A stretch of 64,000 nucleotides of DNA from Stylophora pistillata (lineage: Eukaryota), in assembly GCF_002571385.2 (NCBI RefSeq), contig NW_019217875.1, positions 512,520 through 576,519 of the forward strand, written 5' to 3'. Of this stretch, positions 1-11,041 are shown piece by piece. The position numbers and the translations under genes are program-made. The notes beneath the pieces were generated by a model. The model did no database searches. It was not told the DNA's origin and worked only from the letters and a program-made list of their open reading frames with translations. Position 1 is the first letter of the stretch; each line of letters begins with the position of its first letter.

Positions 1-344
1 GTCTGCCGTCGTCGGATCTTAAGCTCGTTATTAAAAGAGAAGTTCTCTCCAGACACCATACATATTATGTACTTATTGACTGAGTTTAAACCGAACGCAG
101 CGAGGTCTGTGCGTGATGACCGAGAGCCAAATATTTTCCCGTCAAGCCAGACTAAACTCAGTCAATAAGCATTGAGTTAATCTTTGGCATCTCAAAACGT
201 AGTAAGTGGCAAAATTTTTACGTATACATTTCATGGAGAAGATATAAATTATACTTTTCCTTCAAATCGCATAGAAAAAATCAAGGGGGGAAAAACGAGT
301 ACCTCATCGTTAAGACTATCGTATATCATCTTTTTAAAAGTTAC

Positions 345-3300
345 CTTGCATTCGGATCATTCTTGATTAGCCAAGCTCGTTCAGGCCATTTACTTGGAGA
401 CAACGATAATTCTAAGAGCATGACACAAAACAAGTCATGACAAGTTAATTCCCCTTGGTAGGAATACAAAAACCTTCATCGGCAAATAAAACTTTAAGCT
501 GGTCCTACTAATGACAGAGAGCTAAGAAATCAAAAATCATGGCAACGCATTTTGGAAGAGCGTGCACATGCAATAACCAAGAAAAGACCTAGCTAAGACT
601 TAATTACTCCTCAAATAATATATTTTAATTCATTTTCAGATCATCTCCTTTTCAGGAGACTTTTCATTTCCGTTTCAGGAGACTCAACAAGATTTCTAGA
701 TATCACCAATCCCTTTCACAAATCCAGCCGTTCATTCTCCACAAAAACTTTCACACAAAGCGAAAACAACAATGGGTCTAAAAATAACTTAAAAGGGTAA
801 CCCTACGAAGAAGATTTATATGTGGATTTCATTCTCTTTGCTTCATCCTCTCTAATCAGAACCACAATACCACTTAAAATATCAAAAAGAGTTTCTTTTG
901 AGCGACGGAAACAAACGAGGTGTCACTTTTTACCTGACATGTCTCGAGGTAAAACATTTTTATCGACAGCTTCTAGTTGATGATCTTTCCAACCAGGTCT
1001 GCAACACCACAACAAAATAATCTTGTTGACCTAGATAACTCATGGACATAAATTACGGTTTACCTATTTTCGTTTTGTTTGTTGGTTGGGATTTTTTGTT
1101 TTTCCAGTATACCACACAAATTAAAGAGCCACAGATGTAACTGATAAATCCTAAATAATTTAATTAGACTTTGGAAACTAATTAGCATTTCGAATCGGAG
1201 TTCAGAGGTGGAAAGCCATCAAATAGGAAAATTAAAGACTCATCAAAAAGCAGCTCTCCCAGAAATGGAATACACCTAGTCGTCACATAACCTTCAAAAC
1301 GAGGAATGTGGCGAGAAAGCTTCAAAATTACGATTGTGCATGAGACAAGCTCGGACGAAACCAGAATGTTAAAATTGCACAGGTAAGAGTATCGCATGGA
1401 ACGGTCAGCCTCTACACTGAGCAATTTTCTGTGCCGAAATACCAAAACCAAAGAAATCACAACTACCAATCAGACCAAGAGTCAATATCGTCATTAACCA
1501 ATGAGAAATCGAAGCAAACGCAGGCAAACTGCTTGAAGCGCGGGAAAGTGTGAGTGACCAAGTTGGTAATGTTTTAGTTTTGCATTTGATTGGTTGAGAT
1601 GGTGGCGCGAGATTTCTAGACTAATCAGAGAACGAAGTAAAGCAAATCCAACGCAACCCACGATCACTTTCGATACTCAGTTGAATGCTCTACAATATGA
1701 TTTACACTAATACATCAGTTACCTTTTCTCCTTCAAGAACTGCCACTTGGTCGAAGTTGTTTTATCAACGATGTTACACCCTCGATTCGTCGAAAAGAGA
1801 TCATCAGAGGTTTCTTATAAAAAAGAAATAAGTATGAGTATAAATTGTGGCTTAAAATCAATTTAAGGTCAAAGTGATTTCAGATTAGTTTGATTTGGTT
1901 ATTCCGTCGTTCCAATAAATTTCTAAGGGGACCTGCACAACGAAAATTTACAAATCAAACTAGTTTGCAATCATTTTAACTTAAAACACAAACTTCCACT
2001 CACTAGTAAGATATTCTTATCAACAGAGAACTTGATATTGGCTGCACTAAAAGACCGCCTTAGCTAAAGGACTTGGATTTATCGTAACTCTTTCTTTCCA
2101 AGATTAAACACAATTCAAAGGATACAATGAGAGCAAGTTCACATTTTGACACTTTAATCAAGAAGATTCGAGCCAGCACATTCTTTGCTCTATTCTGCTC
2201 TGCGAGACCTGACCTACAGACACTTACGCAGTTCATTGTGTAGCTCTTGCAGCAGAACTTCGGTTAAATTCTGTTCTGTTTCAATGAAACTCTCTGTCAG
2301 GTCCGGAAATTTTAATGGCCCGCCAACTACAAAAAGATGAACATACACACACAAAAAAAAAAAACAGTTAAATCAGCATTAACTCTCGGAAAGAGTATCT
2401 CTTCTAATTTACTGAAAGTAAAAGAAAACGCGAGTGAAGCGAGTTAGGAAGTTAGCTGATGTTGTAAAGCACCGGACTGCCGTGCGGTTAACCATCCTTG
2501 ACCCTTCTCTGTTGAAGTCCTCTTTTGTGTTTCCTCATATCTCACCAAATAATATTCTGAATGCAGTTCTGCACGGCCCAAAAAAAAGTACTCAAAATGG
2601 TTCCTTGGCTACTCAAAATGAAACAGAAGCAAAACACGTTGATTCTGTTTTGCGATATTGCCAACAACACTTAAGCCATAAAAACACACAAACAAAGACA
2701 AAATTTCCCTCAGTCGTTACTTCAAATTATTCTAGGGACTAGTAGGAGATGTTTCGACATTTTTCACCTTTTTTATCATTAGAGAATAGGAATGAAGATT
2801 GGATTAAGGACAGCTCCTTATGAATCCAGCCATTGAGGTCTTCTGGCCTTCTCAGAACATACAAGCTCAGTTCTTTTTCATTACTGCCGCATACGAGACA
2901 CACCCGCCTGCAAGACTCTTTCAAATCTTCATCTCCACTATTAACATCAAGTCTGTTGGTAACTGAAGTTTATACAGAAAAAGCAGTAGAATCAGACAGG
3001 TGGTTAATGTCTGCCCGAGAGGCGCACAGTTCCTTTAAGGGCATTTGAGATATGAGTCGAAAGCAATAAGGGATTGCATTAGCTTTGCTTCACTGCGCTC
3101 TGTTACAGGTCTAGAAAACTTAGGCCAACCTTGCAACAAGTCGATACAAGACCGAAGGCCTGTTCAAACGCACGCATCATTTCAACCAAACATCTTACAA
3201 AATGTTGCGCGCAACGTTTTATACGCAGTTGGGTTATACGTTGTTGGCGTTACTTATATGTATAATATGTACATGTTGCAAGATGTTGGATGGTGTTGAA

Positions 3301-6300
3301 TCTAGTTTGAAAATGGTTTAATTTTTTGTTACAACAGTTTTGGGTGTTGCAAAGTATTACGCACGTTTGTCCAGCTTTTCATAAAACGATCCATCAATGC
3401 TGCAAGATGCCATCTTGACGGTTGCGTCAAAGTGTTGTTCGTGTTTCGCTTAGTCATAAGCATTTTCCCGCGCTTACGGCATATTGTTTTTCAAGCATCC
3501 CGGCTGAACTCGCACTGGCTACCTGTGATATATTTCAAGGTGCCAATTTGCCAGTGTCTTTGCTTTTGTTGGTATGAAATTTAATCGAATGTTTTCTATG
3601 CTCAACTAAAGACATACCTGTATGGTTCTGAGATTTGAAATAGTTAAACCAAGCTTCCTTATTCTTTCTTTGTGTGCAGTGTTTGTGCGACGCAACAAGC
3701 TGTAATGTTCCAACCAGGGCAATATTCTGAAAAAGGGAATTTCGTTATCTATATGAATTGCTGGGAGTCATCTTTCTAAAAATAAATGCAAGTTGGCGCG
3801 AGTTCGATTTGAAATTAAGGGTATTAAAATTTTGGACCAAAATTGTCCGACGCAAAGATAAATTGCCACTTAACTACATCCAATTTGAAATCACACAATC
3901 CAATCGCTTTAATACAGAGTTTTGGTCCTAAGCACGAAAAACGGCGCGTTTCGTGAATAAATAGCACTGCTGTTAGTCAATCGGTTTGCCAAGATAACCA
4001 GTTATTGCTGAAAGAAAGTCAACGGCTACACTTTTCTCTATTCATCAGTAAATGGCGCACTATGCCGCGCATCGAGATGAGGTTTGACTATTAGCAAACA
4101 ATGACACCAACCTTATTCTCTTCAATTGATAGCCACTCGATAAGTCTCGCTGATAGCTTAGTAGAAGATTGGTTGACGCTTCTGTATGCGCAACCAACAC
4201 AACAGACTAGTAAAGGAAAACCTGGAAGTTCTCAAAATCACATAGCAGGAGGTTGAGTCAACATGTTTGTAAGATTTTCTCCAGAACCTGCTCCATTTTT
4301 CGAATGTGATCCTGATCACTAAAAAATAAGGGGATTTTAATTCAGTTTTTAGCTTTTCACGTGTCCCCGGCCTTTGGAGATGGAAAACTGATAGATGAAA
4401 TATGGGTTATTTAAGCAGTGACAAATCTAAAACTATCAACATAATGACCAGCTCCCAGTTGGCTTGTTGGCGCAGTTGGTGGAGCACTGCACCGGTATTG
4501 CAGAGGTCAAGGGTTCGAATCCCGTACAGGCCTGAATTTTTTTCAGGTCTTATTTTAACTACTGCTTAAGTAGTGTTCATTACTGCGAAGATCGCTCTCA
4601 TGACTAAAGCTTGGATGTGAAAAGAGAAAAAATGACTATGTTAAAAATTGAACGACATCTGACCGCAATTTGATGAAATAAAAGATACAATTCCAGTCTT
4701 AATGGCAGAAACATGTGAAATGGAACTGTATGCTTCTCAACTCTGCAGAGGATAGTTATCTCTGGTGCAATGGAGAAAGTTTTCCCATTATCCATGGGAT
4801 TTTTCTTCTTTCTGTGAACAAGGAAACAAAATATAAAAGGAATAAAGAAACGAATGAGCGAGCGAACGAAAAAAATGAATGTACGCGAACGAAGGAACAC
4901 ACGGACTAACGCATAAATGCACGAACCTACGACCGCAATAACGCATGAACGCATTAAAGCATGGACGCACAAACGGAGAAATACTACTATTCACGGGGAA
5001 ACGGGTGAAAAGGAAATAAATGGGTCAATAGATAACCAGCACAAAGAAATCTAAACTGACCTTGAAATACAAATTGCAAGGCAGAAAATAGAGTGCTCAA
5101 ACCTTTTTGGCTGAAGTCGAGAAGAACCAAAACTAATTTCAGTCTCATTCTTATCAAAACGCAAATTGAATCCTGGCATGATGGTTCTTGATTGACCCTA
5201 ACGTAATCATGAAAGATAGAAAATAAAGCCATGAACATGGAAAGAAAAACTGTTAAATAAAGACAGATATAAAGAGAGCATGACACGCTCAAGAAAAAAA
5301 AGTAAAAACAGTCCACACAGAAAACTGATCATAAAATAATGTACCTCACTGAAGACCAAAGATCCTTGCCAAACAACCAGAGCATCATATAGTTTTGGCA
5401 CTGCAACTTTTTTGTCAAGAAATGTAACTGACAACTTCAGACCCTTCTGCCATGACTTCAAAAATGAACTCCTTAAAAAGTAACAAGTTCATTATAATTT
5501 TATGTTAATTTCATTACTACACAAAGAGTATCGAGTAGCAACCTTAACTGAATTGCTCAATAAAGAGGACACTGGACAGTCTCAGTTCCTGCAGACAGTT
5601 TCCTGACGAGTGGTGAATGTAATGGCAGAGATTACATCTGAACCGGCATAAAAGAGGTGGTTTTCCTAAGTTTGCTTTGTCCATTCATTGGTCTGTAAAA
5701 GTTACATCACCCCATCAACCAATCAGATGTCAAAATGAAACTGAATCATATCCACAAATATGAGCAAAACATGAAGAGTACTGGTAACTTGCCTGTCAAA
5801 CACATTGCTACAAAGAAGAGTGATGTTGGCATTATGCCACAGTTGTAGCCGCTTTAAAGCTCCGAACAGATGCATGTGGGATCTGAAGCGTAAATAATAA
5901 CATCCATTTCTAATATGTTGATGAAAAGTTCAGATATCTGTTTACAAGTTAATTCTAATTTAAATCATTATTAAGGAGAGTTTCAAAAAGTAAATGTTGC
6001 TGGCTGCCTTTAATAATCACCATCTACCTTATAATCTCAGGTAGCTAGGAATTATTTGTTAGCAGCAAAATCAGTGTTTCATTTCGACAACAAAGCTGCT
6101 TTTAATTAGAACTTTCTACCAGCACTGGGATTGATGTATTTCACGTCATTAGTAAATGTTGAAATAGAACACAAATGTAGAAGTACACAATATATACATT
6201 ACCTAACAGGGAGGGCATCTCTCCCACAAATAAACCAGAAGACATCAACAGGAACTCCAGCTAAAACACCAGAAAAGAAGCCATTTCAAACACAAAACAA

Positions 6301-9300
6301 CATAGAACCCCATGGTTCCTTTTGTCAGTGTAAACTTAGCACTTTTCAATCCTGCCAACTAGAGAATTACACATACGTTTCAATATAATCTAGATTTTTT
6401 TATTCACAGCACAATCCCTGTTCTCCTTGTTCTTGTCCCATTCATTCTTTAAATCTGAGTATGTTTTTGTGCCTGTCTGTCTGACTGTCTGACTGAGTCT
6501 GTCAATCCTTTGTTGCCTTTGGTGTCTACTCCTAACCAAAACAGAAAAATGTACCTTGTGGTAAGCCATCAGCAAGACTGTGAAGTCTTTCCGAAGTCTC
6601 AACATCTCTGTCTGAAGAACTCCTTCACAAAAAGAGACGACATTACTATTGTAACAAGCTTAATACAATGATAATAATGAAGCTGAAGACAAGGTTGCAA
6701 GAGGGTCAAGAAAGTTGGTCTCAACAAAAGACACAAACCATGAAGATAGGGCAACTCTTTTCTTAGATTAGAAAATTTCTAATAGAAATAATTAGAGGCC
6801 ACAAGGTCAAAGGCCATACAGCATAATTAAATAAACTAAGTCAAATTCTCTGGGAGGTACCTACACTGGAATTTTCTCGTAACGTTTGAACACAACAGAC
6901 TTTCCAAGCTGCTGTAATACTTTCTCAAGATTTTCCCCTTTATGCCACTTTGAATAAATCTAAAATGAATGGAACAATTAGGTTAGTCACATCCGATCAG
7001 CCAGAAATCAGGTCTACCATAGAAAGCCATATAATTAGATCAAATACATCAGATCCAAAAGAGATCTAATTAGCATGGACATCTGCTAACTGTATGCAAC
7101 TCAACTTCAAGGAAATGTGGGAGATGCTTCTTAGAGGCAAATCCACTGAGGCTTTACCTGCTCCTCTCGTTTCTATAGAGCGTTAACCATGTCTGGAGTT
7201 GTTGGGTGTAACTTTTCAATCTGATCCATGTAACTGGGATTTACATTTTGATAATATTATATCGAAAGCCAGTAGTCGTCTGTACATCTTACGTGTTTGT
7301 AAATTCTATGGACTGCCGCTGGATCATCTTCATCTTCTTTTTATCAGTCTTATTCTACCTATATTTACATATGCTGTAGAAGTATGGGGCTGCGCATATT
7401 ATCATAAGTATCTGAGTCACATAGACAGGCTGTTCAAGAGAGCTTTTAAGCTTGGTTACTGTAAAGAGCTTTTTTCGATTGAAAATATTATTACTCTAAA
7501 AGATAAGAAGTTGTGGGCCACGATCAGAGACAGCGATTTTACAACAGCTTTAGATGACCTTTTGCCACTAGAGCAACCTAATGGTTATGCTACATAAGAG
7601 GCGCCGTAATTATATTCTCCCGCTTGTCAGAACTGAACGTTTCAAGAGGACTTTTGTTAGTAGATGTTTGTTCTCTTATTAGTTAGTCAGTTAGTAATTT
7701 AGTTAGTTAATTAGCTTTATACTTGCTGAGTTCATATCATTGTCAGTAACTAAACACGTTTGTTGTTTAGAGTGCTTAATAAAGACTTTTATTATTATTA
7801 TTATTAACCACTGAACTCCCAAGATCTGATTGTTAATTCTCCCCTCTAGCTGCTACACATTTTCTTGTAAATTAGTTGTGAGAATTTGGTGTTAGATCAC
7901 CTTTACTTTATTAGACCTTTAAACTTCTTAAGTTGTACTGATATCTACTTAATTATTATTATTAATCTAATTATTATTAATCTAATCTACACGTTTTACA
8001 AGATATCAACATTAATCGGTTGTCAAGTAAACTTTCATGTTCATGAAGACCCTTCACGCCCACAAATAGCAGGAGCTAGTCGAGGTGGGCGGGAATAAGA
8101 GGTACAGCAGTAGTGATAGATTACAATTAAAGCTTAAACATAAATTAATAACTTATCCAGAAAAAGACAGTCACTTAAAACTAGAATATATAACTGCATC
8201 ACTAAAAAAAAGAAAAGAGAAACACGATAGAATGCAGAATATAAATTATAAAGCCGGTTTATAATTTAGATCAAGTTAAGGACTTCTATTTGATAAGTTT
8301 GAATTTCTCATTACCTTTTGGCTGAATAATTCATGGGCATTAAAGGGAGAAGTTTCATGTTAATCACGTCTGGGAATTAAAGAGTTAGAGGGCTAACCAT
8401 ATTCAATTTACAATTGCTTACAAAAATCACTCCCTCGGCCTCTAAGAGTGATTATAGCTTCTAAATTCTCCTTACAAAATCACCCCTAAATAAAACATTA
8501 AGGTCATGAGAATATAGAAAAGGATCACCAACTAAAGAAGCTCTTGATTGTTAAATAAATTCTCCTAGAAAGCACCTTAGGAAATGTATAGAGAACAAAG
8601 AGGAGAATATACACACTGATGATACCATGTAAAGGGTTGATGGCTCAGACAAACTAAGGGTGCTTGCCTTCAATTAGAACAAACCAACCATGCTGGTATT
8701 TAAAAATGAATACTGAGCCTTCTGTCGAAGGTTTACCCAGACTATTTAGATTTCAGTTATAATTTCAGTCTAACAGCTGCCATTTCATCACTTAACCTCC
8801 ATTTGGTCCAGGAATGGCTTGTCCTCAATGATGGTGAAATGAACTGTGGGGTTGAAGTTCTTGAGCGCTAGAAGAGGATCTGAAGTAAGGAGAGGAACTC
8901 AGTTATTATTACCTCTTTCATCAATATTTCTAAATTTCCAGCCTTTTTCATACTTCCGGCAGATAGCTTTATTTTTATTTCAGGTTCTGATTTGCACCCA
9001 ATGATATTTTTCTCGCTTCAGTCTGATTAGCTGCTTTGATTGTTTTGATTTTAGTTTTAAAACACAAAATCAAAAAGGACTCATTACCATCCCAACCTTT
9101 TTTCCATAACATTTGTTATACTCACCTATTGATGACCATTGGGTATTTTCAATATCTTTGAAAGAATTTTCCTTCTTATTGCAAAATACAATAAGATCTT
9201 CAACCAAACTCTGAACAGCAGGAGTCACATCCTCATTACAATGGGAACATGCTGATACAAAAGAATGAAATTGACTAATGTTTAGTCCATCAAATAACCA

Positions 9301-10644
9301 AGTAGTAGCTGAGGGATGGTAGACAGTTCTGATGACAGTCATCCAAAATGTAACCAATAGTCAGCCCACGTATCATGGAAGATATGACCAACATTTGGTT
9401 AATTGATATCTCATGAAAGATGTTTGCAAATTATCACGACATCTTGCCTACTCACAGCTGACAATTAGGTGATAAGCACCATTTGCTGACCACTGGTCAA
9501 CTAAGAAGCAATTCATTTATTTCATAAGTTAATTTTGATTTTAAAGTTAATATTGAAAGGAAGACTGAATAGATTTTGGGATCAATTTTACTATAGGTAG
9601 TGTCGGCCAACATGGCGACCGACATGTCGACCAACATATCGGTTGACAGTTGGTCGATAGTCAGTCGATAGGTCAGTCAATAGTTGGTCGATAGTTGGTC
9701 GACATGTCGGTCGATATGTCGACCGACAGATGGAGTGTTGTGTCTTGGTGGAATATCGGTCAAGTGTTGGTGGAATATCAGTCAAGTGACAGTGGTCTAT
9801 CGGCCGAGTGTCAGTAGTCTATCGGTCAAGTGTCTGAACTTTATTGGTAAATATAGTTTGAACGTCGCTCGTGTGGTTGTGTATTGTTGCAGTGTCGGTA
9901 TTGAAAAATTTGATTTGAAGAAAAATTTGATTTGAAGACACAAACTTTCAGGTATATGATTAAGTGTCAGCGAAGTATCGGTGAAGCATTGGCCAAGTGT
10001 CGACCGAGTGTCGGCCAAGTGTCAGTCAAATATTGACCGACTGTCTACCGATATGTCGACTGACTATCGGCCGACATATATCGGTCGACATATCGACCGA
10101 CATGTCGACCGACTATTTTCCGACTATCGACCGACTATCGACCGACTATCGACCGAACTGTCGACCGACTATCGACCAACTGTCGACCGACTATCGACCG
10201 ACTGTTGACCGACTGTCAACCAACATGTCGGTTGACATATCATTCGCCATGTCAGTTGCCATGTCAGCCGACACTACTTATAGTAACATTGATCCAGACT
10301 TTGTCCTCTATGATTGAATGCATCACCGTGTCTCTGACACTAGTTAGACTTTACTACTGACTGAGCTATATGATACCGCATTTTAGGAGTGAGGCAAATT
10401 CTAATGGGCTCTTCGTTCTTCTAAAACGAATCTAATCATGCCTTTGATGTCATTAGTCTGTTATACCTAGAGATAAACGAGCAACTGTAAACCACAAAGT
10501 AAAGCTTCTCAGTTAGGCCAAATATTGGGGCATGAAATTCGTCATTTCAGCTCGTTGCCGGTGAATGAAATCTAAATACATCTCACCTTCATGATCTGCT
10601 AAGGAATCATCGTGCTCTAGAAGAAATATTAGAAATCTATCCAT
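345..10644 (-). CDS. MTBP: Mdm2-binding protein / Sld7-like replication initiation factor, 5' part; the gene continues past the left edge of the window
   Basis: 16 phase-consistent exons (minus): 10644-10587, 8879-8797, 6959-6865, 6622-6555, 6260-6203, 5882-5793, 5471-5345, 5197-5061, 4811-4689, 4181-4112, 3726-3618, 2962-2768, 2326-2228, 1813-1723, 998-934, 411-345. Spliced protein MDRFLIF...ERLHSLADGLP..VDVFW..FGALKRLQLWHNANITL..VWQGSL..MPGFNLR..EDLNGW..SPSKWPER is colinear with remembered vertebrate MTBP motifs (MDRYLL, ENLHQLSDKLP, GALKHLREWYSAKITI, LWRGKI, FPEFCLK, QINGS, PLEWPER). Confidence 0.85.
1430..1692. repeat. Abundant CCAATCA/TGATTGG-rich dispersed repeat family (also near 3045, 18390, 20470, 32610, 43950, 49700-50020, 62230)
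   Basis: Recurring AAAACCAAAACCAAAG..ACCAATCA..GCGCGGGAAA..TGATTGG..ACTTTCGA(C/T)ACTCA motifs in several introns. Confidence 0.55.
4182..4688 (-). other. Probable U12-type GT-AG intron of MTBP (intron 9 of this model)
   Basis: 5' site GTATCTTTT; branch-point-like TTTCCTTTAC at 4219-4210; no pyrimidine tract before the CAG. This is the only splice I found that keeps the MTBP frame. Confidence 0.65.
4445..4595 (+). mobile_element. tRNA-like dispersed repeat (tRNA-derived SINE-like; cloverleaf at 4461-4533)
   Basis: A box TGGCGCAGTTGG, B box GGTTCGAATCC, acceptor stem GGCTTGT/ACAGGCC, anticodon stem CTGCA/TGCAG with loop CCGGTAT (no U33), followed by T7. Confidence 0.7.
7075..7806 (+). mobile_element. 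5'-truncated non-LTR retrotransposon (CR1/L2-group LINE) 3' fragment
   Basis: ORF 7199-7597 LLGVTFQSD..WDLHFDNIISKASSRLYILRVCK..LILPIFTYAVEVWG is typical of the region C-terminal to a LINE RT domain. It continues after a frameshift as NYILPLVRTERFKRTFVSR and ends in AATAAA plus a (TTA)n tail. There is a stop codon upstream. Confidence 0.85.
9579..10295. mobile_element. Foldback-like non-autonomous DNA transposon with long modular inverted arms
   Basis: Termini GGATCAATTTTACTATAGGTAGTGTCGGC and GCCGACACTACTTATAGTAACATTGATCC are inverted; the arms are built from 11-12 bp subrepeats (CGACCGACTAT-like). Confidence 0.8.
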
Positions 10645-11041
10645 GTTTACATCGGTAATCATTCTAGAATCTAGCATCGCAAAGAAGTCTCGGACTGTCG
10701 ATCCAAGAGTTCGCGGGCTTTACGCATTCCGCTGACCGGTAAAAAACGCGATAGCCAAACGTGCTTGGCGTTCACCGACAGGGGAGCGTTCACCACTATC
10801 ATGTGATTTTTTTTCCAAAAGTAGTTTTCTGCATTGACATTACATTCTGGAATTTTAAGAATACTTTTCTACATTTTTTTCTTCTGCTTTTAAATTGCGT
10901 ACTAAAACATTCTACCAAAACTTCCGAAACGCCCTCGACGAGCTAAAATCCGACAAGATCCGAGAATTTCCGAGCGAATTGACCGAGTGTGAGCTGGGTA
11001 CAACTGCGCTCCTATCGTGTCTTTTTCATTTTAGCTTAAAA
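10645..11041. promoter_or_regulatory. Bidirectional promoter region MTBP / NPEPL1
   Basis: 397 bp, CpG-rich, between divergent ATGs at 10644 (-) and 11042 (+). Confidence 0.7.

Noticed and set aside
1182-1469. ORF as terminal exon of MTBP
   Set aside because: Downstream exons 998-934 and 411-345 carry the conserved WPER motif, so the gene continues.
4112-4318. Apparent frameshift or pseudogenisation of MTBP using the acceptor at 4319
   Set aside because: Exon 4811-4689 and the U12-like splice to 4181 restore an open, homologous frame.
4461-4533. Functional tRNA-Thr(GGT) gene
   Set aside because: Lacks U33, has D- and T-stem mismatches, and a G34 Thr anticodon is atypical for animals; treated as a repeat.
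9070-9357. 95-aa ORF in MTBP intron 1
   Set aside because: No recognisable homology and not needed for the frame.
9591-10317. Overlapping ORFs with STDYRPT-type repeats; superficially CRISPR-like array
   Set aside because: They are translations of the foldback subrepeats; there are no unique spacers or cas genes and the context is eukaryotic.
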